Assembly: GCA_022837635.1 (NCBI GenBank)
Contig: JALHFY010000001.1
Location: 317,693 to 381,692, forward strand
DNA: 64,000 bases
Reading direction: 5' to 3'
From: Candidatus Shapirobacteria bacterium
Lineage (GTDB): Bacteria; Patescibacteriota; Microgenomatia; UBA12405
Of the stretch, positions 10,212 to 20,462 are shown piece by piece. The position numbers and the translations under genes were made by a program. Numbering within the stretch: the stretch's first letter is position 1; the number at the start of each line of letters is the position of its first letter. A model generated the notes under the pieces. It was not told where the DNA came from. It saw only the letters and a program-made list of their open reading frames with translations, and made no database searches.

Positions 10212-10519
10212 TTTTGCTCAATACTGTTAATAATATTTTCGTAGATTTTAGTGACAACACCTTTTTTAATTTCGGTAACTTGGTGATTGACGAAGTTGAT
10301 AACTTCTTGTTGATAATGATTGATAACTTGGGAAAGATCTTGAGTTTCTAAAGAGTTAGTTGAAGTTAATTTGGGAATAGATAAGTTACTTTTTAAGTCA
10401 AGACGATTGGCAGATAAATAACCAATGGCTAAATAAAGGCAAAAAACAAAAAGAAACCACCTAAAAATTACCCCAAAACTCAGGTGAAAACTTTTAGATT
10501 TTTTCAAAACTTTGGCCAC
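10208..10519 (-). CDS. small membrane-anchored hypothetical protein
   Basis: One TM; 4-bp overlap with prfB. Confidence 0.6.
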   Translation of the reverse strand: MAKVLKKSKSFHLSFGVIFRWFLFVFCLYLAIGYLSANRLDLKSNLSIPKLTSTNSLETQDLSQVINHYQQEVINFVNHQVTEIKKGVVTKIYENIINSIEQK

Positions 10520-10531
10520 AAAATTATTGTA

Positions 10532-10912
10532 TCATTTGGCTGAGAGCCAATTGATGATGGGAGTATCACCATAGAAACATTTTTTTTCTTTAGGCGAGTA
10601 GGCTAAAGGCACACCAATACCTTGACTGGTGTCAATTTCAGGACAGTTTTTGACGGTTTCTCCCAAGAGTTGTCGGTTGTCTGGATTGTTATAAATTTCT
10701 TTTTTAGCGATTTTTAATTTTTGGTCTAATTTATTGGCACTGATATGATCGTCGACTTTTTGACAATGAGGACAACCGTCCCCCCAAAAGAGAATCAAAT
10801 CAGCCTCAGAATCAGTAAAATTTGAAGTTGGTGTCGCGGGGGTGAGATTTTTGAAGAAAAAATAGCTGACAGCTACCACAGCGACAATAAAGATAATAAT
10901 TATTTTTTTCAT
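10532..10912 (-). CDS. exported thioredoxin/glutaredoxin-like protein (CPHC)
   Basis: N-terminal TM, FWGDGCPHC, GVP cis-Pro loop. Confidence 0.75.
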   Translation of the reverse strand: MKKIIIIFIVAVVAVSYFFFKNLTPATPTSNFTDSEADLILFWGDGCPHCQKVDDHISANKLDQKLKIAKKEIYNNPDNRQLLGETVKNCPEIDTSQGIGVPLAYSPKEKKCFYGDTPIINWLSAK

Positions 10913-11484
10913 TTGGTTTTGGTAGTCATACTAATAATTTGATCACCGATTTGAATTTTATCAACTAATTCTAATCCGGAAACAACTTCACCAAAATTTA
11001 CGTAATCACCGGTTAAAGGTTGGCAATTTTTATCAGTAAGACAAATAAAGAATTGAGAATCGTTGCTGTATTCCTTGGTATCAGGAGTGCGAGCTAGACC
11101 TAAACTACCTCTTTTGAAAGGAAGAGAGTTGAGTTCTGATTTTTGACGATTACCGCCAGTACCAGTACCGGTGGGATCACCGCCTTGAACCACAAAACCT
11201 GGTTCTACCCGATGAAAGGTAAGTTTGTCATAAAAACCGCTGTCAATTTTTTTAATAAAATTGGCAACAGTATTGGGAGCTTCTTTGGCGTAAAGCTTGA
11301 TAACAATTTGGCCGTCTTTAGTGTTTAAGGCCACGAGTTTTTCTTCATTAGTCATAGTTTTGGCAGGTGAAATGGTAATTTCGGTTGAATCAGTAACAGA
11401 AGGGACAGGTCCTATTTCCGGCACAGGTTGTTTAGTACAGGCGGAGAGAAAAAATAAGGTAAAAATGAGAACAATTATTTTCAT
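10909..11484 (-). CDS. cyclophilin-type peptidyl-prolyl isomerase, lipoprotein
   Basis: Lipobox LSAC; APNTVANF, FHRV, QGGDP, SQFFI. Confidence 0.9.
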   Translation of the reverse strand: MKIIVLIFTLFFLSACTKQPVPEIGPVPSVTDSTEITISPAKTMTNEEKLVALNTKDGQIVIKLYAKEAPNTVANFIKKIDSGFYDKLTFHRVEPGFVVQGGDPTGTGTGGNRQKSELNSLPFKRGSLGLARTPDTKEYSNDSQFFICLTDKNCQPLTGDYVNFGEVVSGLELVDKIQIGDQIISMTTKTK

Positions 11485-11487
11485 GGA

Positions 11488-12222
11488 CTATTTTAACAAA
11501 AGGAGGACGCGAGGGACACCCTGATTAATATCTTCTTTGCGACTGGTGGCCGGTAAGTCATGGATTGAGTCCATTAACAGGGAATAACTATATTGGAAAT
11601 AGGCGCCTAAGCGGGTACCAACATCATGAACGGTAAATTTCTCTTTATTATCGTCATAACCTAAGACAGTTAGGCTGTGATACCAAGGACCGCCATTTTT
11701 GAAATTTTTATTTTCAGTAAACAGAATTTTGCCGTTAGCGGGAACAACAACTGGAATGTCTTGAGAAATAGCTTTTTTAATATCTTCTAAGGTGGGATAG
11801 TCGATAATCTGGGTTTGGTAACCCCAAAGTTCAGCCGCCATGATGGCAATTTGAGAGAGATTAACATCATGCCCCCAACCTTGTTGCTGTTGATAGTCAA
11901 AAAGTTGATTTAAGTCAGCCACCATTTCGGTAATGGAAGCTTGTTTTTGTTGGTAGAAATAGTGGGCGTTAAGGAGAGCCGCTTCTTCACAAGCATCCTG
12001 CCAAGGTTGATCCCAGTTTTTTTGCGGAGCTTGGGGCACAAAAACAGTTTTTAACAGGTGTTTATCTGGCAAACCGGATTCTAAAATTTGAGTCGGCTCA
12101 GCCTTAATCTCATCGACCATAACTTCAAGCTGATGTCGAGGGGGGAGACGATGGCGAAAAATAAATAAGACTAGAGAAACTAGAAACAAGAGACCAGAGA
12201 CTAGAATAATGCGTTTAGTCAT
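11488..12222 (-). CDS. membrane-anchored C39-like (papain-fold) peptidase
   Basis: QAP..W..PWQDACEEA (Cys), YHSLTVLGYD (His), VHDVG (Asp). Confidence 0.7.
   Translation of the reverse strand: MTKRIILVSGLLFLVSLVLFIFRHRLPPRHQLEVMVDEIKAEPTQILESGLPDKHLLKTVFVPQAPQKNWDQPWQDACEEAALLNAHYFYQQKQASITEMVADLNQLFDYQQQQGWGHDVNLSQIAIMAAELWGYQTQIIDYPTLEDIKKAISQDIPVVVPANGKILFTENKNFKNGGPWYHSLTVLGYDDNKEKFTVHDVGTRLGAYFQYSYSLLMDSIHDLPATSRKEDINQGVPRVLLLLK
12175..12209 (+). repeat. heptamer tandem repeat inside the N-terminal TM-coding region of the 11488-12222 gene
   Basis: AGAAACT AGAAACA AGAGACC AGAGACT AGAATAA. Confidence 0.6.
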
Positions 12223-12251
12223 TAAGAGTATTTTAGTGGTAAAATCGACGG

Positions 12252-14093
12252 GTGCAAAAAGTAAAAGAAATTAGAAATATTGCGGTCATCGCCCATGTGG
12301 ATCATGGCAAAACCACTTTAGTGGATGCCATGCTGAAACAAACTCATTCTTTCCGGGAAAACCAAAATGAAATGCAGATGACGCGAATCATGGACAGTAA
12401 TGAACTGGAACGGGAAAAGGGAATCACAATATTATCTAAAAACACTTCCGTTTTTTATAAAGATACAAAAATTAATATTGTCGATACCCCGGGACATGCT
12501 GATTTTGGAGGGGAAGTGGAGCGAGTCTTAAATATGGTCGACGGAGCCCTGTTGATTGTGGATGCCGCTGAAGGACCATTGTCGCAAACGAAGTTTGTAC
12601 TAAAAAAAGCGCTTGATTACGGCTTAAAAATAATTTTAGTGATTAATAAGATTGACCGTAAAGATGAAAGAGTCAAGGAAGTGGTGAGAGATACGGAAAA
12701 TTTGTTTTTAAGTTTGGCAGCAGATGAAGAATTGCTTGATTTTCCGGTCATTTATGCAATTGGTAAAGAGGGGAAAACTTTTTTTGAGATGCCGGTAGAA
12801 GCTAACAAAAAGGGCGATACTACTCCCCTCTTTGAGACAATTTTGAAATATATCCCCCAGGCTTCAAAAAACGAGGATTCTCCCTTTCAAATGTTGATAT
12901 CCTCCTTTGAAAAAAATGAATATTTAGGCAAATTGGCGGTAGGTAGAGTTAATGCAGGCACAATTAAAAAAGGAATGTTAGTATCTTTGGTCAATCCGGA
13001 CCAAAAAGTTTTGGGTAATTTTAAGATAGAAAAAATGTATGTTAATGAAGGGATTAACAAGGTGGAAGCCGATGAAGCCAGTAGTGGCGAAATTGTGTAT
13101 TTGGCAGGAATTCCGGAAATTAAAATCGGTCAAACTTTGACTGATATTCATCATCAAGTGGCTTTAGCAACTATTAAAATCACTGAACCAACATTAAGAG
13201 CTTCTTTTGGGCCAAATAGTTCTGTCTTTGCCAAAGCTGAGTCTAAATTTTTGACCAGCAGAGAATTAAAGGAAAGATTGAGAGAGGAAGCGGAAACTAA
13301 TTTAGGCTTAAAAGTGGTGGATGATCCGACCGACAGTATTAGGATGATAGTTTCCGGTCGAGGGGAATTGCATTTGGCAATTTTGATTGAAAAACTAAGA
13401 AGGGAAGGTTTTGCTATGGAAATAGGTAAACCAGAGGTAATTTTGAAGGAAATAGAGGGAAAATTATATGAACCAGTATCTGAACTAACTATCCTAACTC
13501 CGGAAGAATTTGTGGGGGCGATAACGGCCGAATTAGGCAAAAGAAAGGCGGAAATGAAGGATATGATTAAGGATGAAAAAGACGGAATTAAGATGATTTA
13601 TAAAATTTCGGAAAAAAATTCACTGGGGCTCAGGAGCCATTTAATGACAGAGACTAGAGGTCAGGTATCGATGAGCTTCTTGTTTCTAGGTTATGAATTA
13701 AAAAATGAAGATCACTTAAAAGATAGAAATGGAGTGCTGATTGCTTCCGAAAGTGGTAAAGCCCTATCTTTTGGATTAGATTTAGCTCAAAAACGGGGCA
13801 TCACTTTTGTAGAACCAACGGAAGAAGTTTATGAGGGACAAATAGTGGGGTTCAGACCGGTGGTTGGTGATTTGGAAATCAATGTCTGTAAAGGGAAACA
13901 GTTGACGAATATGCGTTCAGTCAGTAGTGATGATGCCATCATTTTGGCACCGGCGGTGAAGTACAGTATTGAAGAGGCTCTGGATTTTATCGAAAGTGAC
14001 GAGTTGATTGATATCACTCCCAAAGCAATCAGATTGCGTAAAAAACATTTGACCAAGGTGGACAGAGTGCGGGCTCAAAGAGCTCAAGGTTGA
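12252..14093 (+). CDS. typA: translational GTPase TypA/BipA
   Basis: [31 protein letters not shown]-terminal LTNMRS...[10 protein letters not shown]. Confidence 0.95.
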   Translation: MQKVKEIRNIAVIAHVDHGKTTLVDAMLKQTHSFRENQNEMQMTRIMDSNELEREKGITILSKNTSVFYKDTKINIVDTPGHADFGGEVERVLNMVDGALLIVDAAEGPLSQTKFVLKKALDYGLKIILVINKIDRKDERVKEVVRDTENLFLSLAADEELLDFPVIYAIGKEGKTFFEMPVEANKKGDTTPLFETILKYIPQASKNEDSPFQMLISSFEKNEYLGKLAVGRVNAGTIKKGMLVSLVNPDQKVLGNFKIEKMYVNEGINKVEADEASSGEIVYLAGIPEIKIGQTLTDIHHQVALATIKITEPTLRASFGPNSSVFAKAESKFLTSRELKERLREEAETNLGLKVVDDPTDSIRMIVSGRGELHLAILIEKLRREGFAMEIGKPEVILKEIEGKLYEPVSELTILTPEEFVGAITAELGKRKAEMKDMIKDEKDGIKMIYKISEKNSLGLRSHLMTETRGQVSMSFLFLGYELKNEDHLKDRNGVLIASESGKALSFGLDLAQKRGITFVEPTEEVYEGQIVGFRPVVGDLEINVCKGKQLTNMRSVSSDDAIILAPAVKYSIEEALDFIESDELIDITPKAIRLRKKHLTKVDRVRAQRAQG

Positions 14094-14398
14094 GATGATT
14101 GGTATTTGGGAATCAAGTGGATGTGGGCATGAGGTACCTCATCACCAAGAGTGAGAAAGCTGATAAATTTAGCCTGGTGCTGATTTTTGAGTTTCAGGGC
14201 CAAGTCACGAGCTACTTCCCAATATTGACCAAAATTAGGAACATCATAAACCCAACGGTAATGGTCTTTAGGAATCAATAGGGTGTGACCGGGAGAGAGA
14301 GGTTTGATATCCAGAAAAGCTAAATAATGGTCATCCTCATAGACCTTTTGACAAGGAATTTCACCTTTGACAATTTTGCAAAAAGTACAATCGTCCAT
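14084..14398 (-). CDS. HIT family hydrolase
   Basis: CTFCKI, PGHTLLIPK, HAHIH. Confidence 0.92.
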   Translation of the reverse strand: MDDCTFCKIVKGEIPCQKVYEDDHYLAFLDIKPLSPGHTLLIPKDHYRWVYDVPNFGQYWEVARDLALKLKNQHQAKFISFLTLGDEVPHAHIHLIPKYQSSQP

Positions 14399-14453
14399 GT
14401 AAGTATTATAAACCCTTTGCTACTTCTTACCACCTTTCCCTTGACAGGGCAGC

Positions 14454-15455
14454 TTAAATTTCAGGATGGAGTTTTTGGATGCAATCTAAAAGTATTTTTT
14501 TGGCTTTAGGTAAGGAAAAAGGAATGGTGGCACCGGCAGCAGCTTTATGTCCGCCGCCGAAACCAGTAGCTAAAACAATTTGAGAAAGATCATATTTTTG
14601 AGCATCACGGGTACGTAGAGAAACACTGATTTGATGAGGCTCAGTTTCAATCATAGAAATACCGATATCCCAACCAACCACGGCTTTAAGCATATTGGCG
14701 ACACCACCGGTAGTGGCTTGATCGGCAGTAAGTCCGGCCTTACGGATTTGAGTTAGTGATAATGAGGCAATAGCTACCCGATTGTTAAAATAGGTTTCAA
14801 TGTTGTTTAAGAGTAAGCCTAAAAATTTTAAGTCGTCAGGACTGTCATTGTTTTCCAGGTCGAAAATAATTTGGGGAAAATTTGGGTAAATTTTGGACAA
14901 TTTGGAAGCAATGTCAAAAGTTTTAAAAGAAGTTGGCGGATATTTAAAACCACCGGAATCAGAGTAAAGACCGGCAAAAAGACAGGCAGCAATCTCCGGG
15001 GTAATTTTGATTTTAAGTTTTTCAAAAAGTTGGTAGACAACTTGGCAGGTGGCTGGGGCAGTAACATCAATGAGATTGATATCGCCATAGGCAGCGTTGC
15101 TGGCATGGTGGTCAATCACAATGGTGCCTAAAGTTTTGGGAAAAATTACGGGACCAAGTTTAGAAATTTGGTCAGGAGCGGAAGAATCTAAAATAATAAA
15201 TAAATCAAATTGATTAAGGTCGAGGTCAAAATAATTTTTGGGAGTAATTTGGTCGGCTCCAGGTAGAGTGCTGAGATTGGTGGGCAGATAAGAATCTCCG
15301 GAAATTAAGGTAACTTTTTTATTGATAGATTTAAGGTAATGATAAAAAGCCAGAGCCGAACCGGCCGAATCTGCATCCGGATGAGGATGAAGGTGGAGAA
15401 GAATGTGTGAAGCTTGATTGATAGCAGAGGATATTTTAAATGCCAGATCAGCCAT
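14454..15455 (-). CDS. nrnA: DHH/DHHA1 oligoribonuclease / pAp phosphatase (NrnA-like)
   Basis: HPHPDADSAGS, IDHH, DSGGF, GGGHKAAAG. Confidence 0.85.
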   Translation of the reverse strand: MADLAFKISSAINQASHILLHLHPHPDADSAGSALAFYHYLKSINKKVTLISGDSYLPTNLSTLPGADQITPKNYFDLDLNQFDLFIILDSSAPDQISKLGPVIFPKTLGTIVIDHHASNAAYGDINLIDVTAPATCQVVYQLFEKLKIKITPEIAACLFAGLYSDSGGFKYPPTSFKTFDIASKLSKIYPNFPQIIFDLENNDSPDDLKFLGLLLNNIETYFNNRVAIASLSLTQIRKAGLTADQATTGGVANMLKAVVGWDIGISMIETEPHQISVSLRTRDAQKYDLSQIVLATGFGGGHKAAAGATIPFSLPKAKKILLDCIQKLHPEI

Positions 15456-15518
15456 AAACTATTATCCCACATGATAGAGACTATTGTAAAAGGATCTTGG
15501 CGAGTAATGAGATTAGTC

Positions 15519-15971
15519 TTATATGGATGTAATTACGGGAGCAATTTTGAAAGCTTTTCTCAGAACTGATTTGGTTGAGTCACTCAAGTTATATGCATCC
15601 ATTTCGTCAATGCTAATCCATCTGTAATCTTGGTGCTCGCCACTGAGCATCACTATCAACTTATCTTGATCGTTAGTGGGCTTGACAAGGTAATTGATTT
15701 GAGTAGAGTCTTTTATAACATCTGGTTTTTCGATCTGATAATTAAAGACGTCAAATGGGGCTATAGGCAGAACATCGAGACCTGTTTCTTCCTTAACTTC
15801 TCTTATTAAAGATGCTTCGGCTGTTTCAAGATCCTCTTTTTTACCGCTAGGAAGTTCCCATAGGCCTGGAAAAACATCCTCATTCATATTGCGCTGAACT
15901 ATAAGGATTTTATTGTCTTTAATAACTACCCCGCCTAAAACTACTTTTTGAATTACGTTTTTGTTGTCCAT
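15519..15971 (-). CDS. NUDIX hydrolase
   Basis: WELPSGK...LIREVKEETGL Nudix box; EHQDYRW. Confidence 0.88.
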   Translation of the reverse strand: MDNKNVIQKVVLGGVVIKDNKILIVQRNMNEDVFPGLWELPSGKKEDLETAEASLIREVKEETGLDVLPIAPFDVFNYQIEKPDVIKDSTQINYLVKPTNDQDKLIVMLSGEHQDYRWISIDEMDAYNLSDSTKSVLRKAFKIAPVITSI

Positions 15972-16013
15972 TTTGTAAATTAATTAACGATCTAAGTAAT
16001 AATGGGCATGAGC

Positions 16014-18680
16014 TTATTGTACCTCAGGATAATGACATTTTTTCCACTTTTTACCAGAGCCGCACCAACAAGGATCGTTGCGACCTAGGGATTTAACCAC
16101 CTTCGGAGTTCCGGGTGAGGATTCAGGAACTTTGGAATTTTCAGCGGAAGCAGGGGAGTCGGGAGCAATCATTTCTCCCCTACCTTCCTGGGTTTCAGGA
16201 GTTGAGGTAAGGGTAGAAGCAACAGGTTCCAATCGGAAAAGCATTCTGGAAAGGTTGGCTTCAAACCGAGACATTAAATTTTGAAACATGTCATAACCTT
16301 CTTTACGATACTCAATTAAAGGATCTTTTTGAGCATAACCGCGGAGTCGGACACCTTCGCGAAGATCATCAAGAGCAGTCAGATGTTCCACCCAAAGAGG
16401 ATCTAAAGATTGAATAACAGCATAAGCCAAAATGTTGTCAGCGATATCAGGACCAAAGAATTTTTGGCGCTCTTGCCATTGATTTTCCAAAAGATTTTTT
16501 AAGAGTTGATGTGGATCTTGACTTTTTTTCAGGTCTTTAACCAGTTGAAGGCGAATGGTTGAGGGCATAGGTAAAATCTCTAGAAACTCCAGTGAGAGTT
16601 TATCGGCATCGACTTTGCCGTTAAAATCAGAATATGAGGCAATCATCCGCGATAGTTCGCTATCTATATATTTGAAGACATGTTTATAATTTTCTTCGGG
16701 ATTATTTTTGGTATTCTCTAAAACCTCGTCACGGAGCTGATAGACAATCTGACGCTGTTTGTTAATAACATCGTCATATTCCACCAAAGATTTACGAACG
16801 TCAAAGTTGTAACCCTCAACCTTGACTTGAATTTGCTCTAAAACTCGAGAAATCATGGGATGAGTCAAAGGAGCATCTTCGGGCATGTTGAAGCGCCCCA
16901 TGAGAGCAGAAATTTTTTCTCCTCCAAAGATACGCATTAAATCATCATCCAGTGCCACATAAAATTGGGAAAAACCGGGATCACCTTGACGACCGGCACG
17001 ACCACGAAGTTGGTTGTCAATGCGACGGGATTCATGGCGTTCGGTACCAATGACATACAAGCCACCTAAATCGATGACTTCTTGATGTTGTTTTTCCCAA
17101 GTTTTAGGGTCAATTTTATCTTTGGGACCACCCAGGATAATATCGACTCCCCGACCGGCCATGTTGGTAGCTACAGTCACAGCACCTTTCATACCAGCCT
17201 TGGCAATAATTTCAGCCTCAGATTGGTGATTTTTAGCGTTGAGCATTTGAAAGGGAATTTTTTTGTTACGAAGCATGGAAGAAATGATTTCGTTTTTGGC
17301 AATACTGGTAGTACCGATTAACACCGGTTGACCCAGGCGGTGCAGTTCTTCAACTTTGGCGGCAATAGCGGCATATTTACTGCGTTGAGTTTTGAAAATC
17401 AAATCATTTTCATCTTGTCTTTGAGTATCTTTGTTAGTGGGAATAATAATGACGTCGAGATCATAAATTTTTTTGAATTCTTCAGATTCAGTAGCGGCGG
17501 TACCGGTCATACCGGAGAGTTTTTCATAAAGACGGAAATAGTTTTGAAAGGTGATAGTAGCCCAGGTTTGGGATTCTTGCTGAACCCGAACATTTTCTTT
17601 GGCTTCAACCGCCTGATGAAGACCGTCGGACCAACGGCGGCCATGCATGAGGCGACCGGTAAATTCATCAACGATAACAACTTCCCCGTCTTTGATGACA
17701 TATTCTTTATCTTTATGAAACAGGGCTTGAGCTTTGATGGCATTTTCAATATAGTGAATAGTTTCAAAAGATTCCTCGTAAAGATTGTTAATTCCGAGAA
17801 TTTTTTCCACCTTGCGAATACCGAATTCTGAGAGAGTGGCCGACTTGGATTTTTCATCAATAACATAATCGGTAGGTTGTAATTCCGAAGCAACTTGGGC
17901 AAATTTGTAATATTTTTCGACGGGTTGATTGTTGGGTGAAGAGATAATGAGAGGGGTTCTGGCTTCATCGATTAGAACAAAGTCGACTTCGTCAACGATA
18001 GCAAAATGATGGTCAGGACGTTGAACTTTTTGGGAAAAATCTCCAACCATGTGATCGCGAAGATAGTCAAAACCAAATTCGTTGTTGGTGCCATAGGTAA
18101 CATCGGCCAAATAAGCTTCTTGGCGGGAAATTGGTCGAAGATGGGCCAAGCGATCGTCAAATTTTTGAGTTTCATCGGTAAAATCAGGATCAAAAAGAAA
18201 AGATTCTTCATGAACAATGGCGGCGGTAGAGATTCCCAACAGTTTTAAGGCCTTGGGATACCAACCAGCACCGACTCGAGTCAGGTAATCATTAGGAGTA
18301 ACCACATGAACACCACGACCGGTAAGAGCATTTAAGTAGGCTGGAAAAATAACTGAATGGGTTTTTCCTTCGCCAGTGCGCTGCTCAGCAATGGCTCCCT
18401 GGTGCAGAGCGATAGCGGCCATAAGTTGGACATCATAAGCTCGCTCGCCCACAGTTCTAAAAATGGCCTCTCGAACGACAGCAAAAGCTTCGGGTAAAAG
18501 ATCATCCAGAGAGTCTCCTTTTTTTAATTTTTCCTTAAATTCAGCAGTTTTATCTTTGAGTTTTTTATCAGAAAGTTTTTTAATTTCAGGTTCAAAAGCG
18601 TTAATTTTAGCAATTAAAGATTTAAAACTACCTAGTCGCCGTTGATTGTCGTCAAAGAGATTTTTAAAGAGTTTAAGCAT
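16014..18680 (-). CDS. secA: preprotein translocase ATPase SecA
   Basis: TGEGKT, DEVD, NMAGRG, QLRGRAGRQGDPG, SEC-C motif GRNDPCWCGSGKKWKKCH. Start set at ATG 18680, downstream of a TACAAT box. Confidence 0.96.
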   Translation of the reverse strand: MLKLFKNLFDDNQRRLGSFKSLIAKINAFEPEIKKLSDKKLKDKTAEFKEKLKKGDSLDDLLPEAFAVVREAIFRTVGERAYDVQLMAAIALHQGAIAEQRTGEGKTHSVIFPAYLNALTGRGVHVVTPNDYLTRVGAGWYPKALKLLGISTAAIVHEESFLFDPDFTDETQKFDDRLAHLRPISRQEAYLADVTYGTNNEFGFDYLRDHMVGDFSQKVQRPDHHFAIVDEVDFVLIDEARTPLIISSPNNQPVEKYYKFAQVASELQPTDYVIDEKSKSATLSEFGIRKVEKILGINNLYEESFETIHYIENAIKAQALFHKDKEYVIKDGEVVIVDEFTGRLMHGRRWSDGLHQAVEAKENVRVQQESQTWATITFQNYFRLYEKLSGMTGTAATESEEFKKIYDLDVIIIPTNKDTQRQDENDLIFKTQRSKYAAIAAKVEELHRLGQPVLIGTTSIAKNEIISSMLRNKKIPFQMLNAKNHQSEAEIIAKAGMKGAVTVATNMAGRGVDIILGGPKDKIDPKTWEKQHQEVIDLGGLYVIGTERHESRRIDNQLRGRAGRQGDPGFSQFYVALDDDLMRIFGGEKISALMGRFNMPEDAPLTHPMISRVLEQIQVKVEGYNFDVRKSLVEYDDVINKQRQIVYQLRDEVLENTKNNPEENYKHVFKYIDSELSRMIASYSDFNGKVDADKLSLEFLEILPMPSTIRLQLVKDLKKSQDPHQLLKNLLENQWQERQKFFGPDIADNILAYAVIQSLDPLWVEHLTALDDLREGVRLRGYAQKDPLIEYRKEGYDMFQNLMSRFEANLSRMLFRLEPVASTLTSTPETQEGRGEMIAPDSPASAENSKVPESSPGTPKVVKSLGRNDPCWCGSGKKWKKCHYPEVQ

Positions 18681-18705
18681 AGCCTTTATATTGTACAGCA
18701 AAGCC

Positions 18706-18738
18706 CCCCGATGGACCGATTTTTATCGGCCATCGGGG
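18706..18738 (-). terminator. GC-rich hairpin after serS (terminator or processing stem)
   Basis: CCCCGATGG-A-CCGAT-TTTT-ATCGG-CCATCGGGG; only a short U tract on the minus strand. Confidence 0.55.
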
Positions 18739-18749
18739 TGGTGGCTCCT

Positions 18750-20015
18750 CTACAACTTAGGGGAGATAACTTTGAAACCGGTGTGGGGCCAAAGTACCTC
18801 AGGAATATTAATACTGCCGTCTTTTTGTTGGTAATTTTCCACAATAGCCAGCATTAAACGATCATTGACGACAGTGGCATTGAGAATGTGAACATATTCA
18901 TTTTGATTGTTAATTTTGACTTTAGTATTCAAACGACGGGCTTGATAATCGCCACAATTACTGCAAGAACTGGTTTCTTTGTAGGCATTTTGACCGGGAA
19001 ACCAGGTGTTGATGTCATACATGCGACGGTTGGGTTGAGGCAAATCACCAGTGGAACATTTCATAACCTGATAATGGAGACCGAGTTCATTCAGAATTTC
19101 TTCTTCTATAGCCAACATCTCTAAACACATGGCGTCGGAAATTTTATAGTCAGGTAAGGTAAAAACATTCATTTCAACCTTGTTGAAATGATGGACTCGG
19201 AGCATGCCTTTCATGTCCTTGCCGTAGGTACCGGATTCGCGTCGAAAACATGGTGAAAAATTGACGTATTTTATGGGAAAAATATCGGGATTAAGAGTTT
19301 CGTTCATGTGATAAGGAACAACAGAATGCTCGGAACTACTGATAAAAACTAAATCATCTTCAGGTAAAGAGTAATAAGCGCCAAAAAGATTTTTGTTGCT
19401 GGTATAACCACAAGCCCATTCACTTTGAGACTTAATCATCAGAGGCGGTAACATCGGATGAAAACCTTTCTGTTGGAGTTTTTTGACAGCATAGCTCATG
19501 AGAGACATTTCTAAAATGACCAGTTCATTTTTGTAGTAACCAAAACGGGAGCCGGAAACTTCAGCCGCTTTTTTAGTGTCAATAATATCTAATTTTTCCC
19601 CTAAATCTTGATGATCTAAGGGAGTAAAATCAAATTCCGGTTTAGTGCCGACAGTTTTGATAACTTCGTTGTCGGAATCATCTTTGCCAACAGGAACATC
19701 ATCAGCGGGAAGGTTGGGAATTTCTTCGAGAGCCAGATTGAGTTTATCTTGAGAATCTTTAAGAGCAGTTTCTAAGTCCTTAAGTTGATCTTTGATAGTT
19801 TTAGCGGCTGCCAATTGTTCAGAGGTAGGTTTGCCTTTAATGTCTTTAGTAATTTTATTTTGTTCGGAGCGGAGAGTTTCAACTTGAGTTAAGATTTGAC
19901 GATAGTCGGTATCCAGTTTTTGAACTTTGTCTAAAATAGAAACATTTATTTGGCGGTTTTTAAGAGCAGTTTTAACCAGTTCGGATTGAGTGCGGATGAG
20001 GTTAATGTCAATCAT
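18750..20015 (-). CDS. serS: serine--tRNA ligase
   Basis: MIDINLIR, coiled-coil arm, CFRRESG, ETSSCSNCGDYQARRL. Confidence 0.95.
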   Translation of the reverse strand: MIDINLIRTQSELVKTALKNRQINVSILDKVQKLDTDYRQILTQVETLRSEQNKITKDIKGKPTSEQLAAAKTIKDQLKDLETALKDSQDKLNLALEEIPNLPADDVPVGKDDSDNEVIKTVGTKPEFDFTPLDHQDLGEKLDIIDTKKAAEVSGSRFGYYKNELVILEMSLMSYAVKKLQQKGFHPMLPPLMIKSQSEWACGYTSNKNLFGAYYSLPEDDLVFISSSEHSVVPYHMNETLNPDIFPIKYVNFSPCFRRESGTYGKDMKGMLRVHHFNKVEMNVFTLPDYKISDAMCLEMLAIEEEILNELGLHYQVMKCSTGDLPQPNRRMYDINTWFPGQNAYKETSSCSNCGDYQARRLNTKVKINNQNEYVHILNATVVNDRLMLAIVENYQQKDGSINIPEVLWPHTGFKVISPKL

Positions 20016-20125
20016 TTAGATGTCGCTATTTTAGCATGAAAAAGAAGCTTTTTCTCCGCAAGTTTTACCGTATATAAGTGTATCAAAATAGATAAAATGT
20101 ATATAATAGAAAAATTTAATCTTTG

Positions 20126-20149
20126 TTTTGACCTATCTATAGGTCAAAA
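20126..20149. promoter_or_regulatory. perfect 11-bp inverted repeat upstream of serS
   Basis: TTTTGACCTAT-CT-ATAGGTCAAAA. Confidence 0.45.
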
Positions 20150-20222
20150 AATTAGAAAAGCTTCTGAAGAGAAAAAAGCTTATAAGTTTATATCAGCGGC
20201 TATTTTCCGCAAAGATGACAAT

Positions 20223-20462
20223 TTATTTAGTACTTAAATTTTCCATAACAGCAGTTTTTAAGGTGGCAATTTCCATTAAAAAATCGATGGTGGAAAAACG
20301 TTTATCAGTAGGAACATCAATTTGTAGTTCACAAGATTCGGGTTTAATTTCTAAACTAATACCCGTACCTAAGGAAATAAGAGTGTCACGTATACCTTCA
20401 AGGGTAACAGTGGAATTGGGAATAAATTTAACAGAGAGATGATAAATTTCTTTATTATTCAT
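20223..20462 (-). CDS. hypothetical protein (79 aa)
   Basis: Start overlaps the lysS stop; no motif recognised. Confidence 0.55.
   Translation of the reverse strand: MNNKEIYHLSVKFIPNSTVTLEGIRDTLISLGTGISLEIKPESCELQIDVPTDKRFSTIDFLMEIATLKTAVMENLSTK

Noticed and set aside
11488-12222. C39-like peptidase as the RiPP leader protease
   Set aside because: About 37 kb away, exported, not fused to an ABC transporter; no linking evidence
20091-20115. AAAATGTATATAATAGAAAAAT as a dif site
   Set aside because: Only the central TGTATA resembles dif; the XerD arm TTATGTTAAAT is not matched
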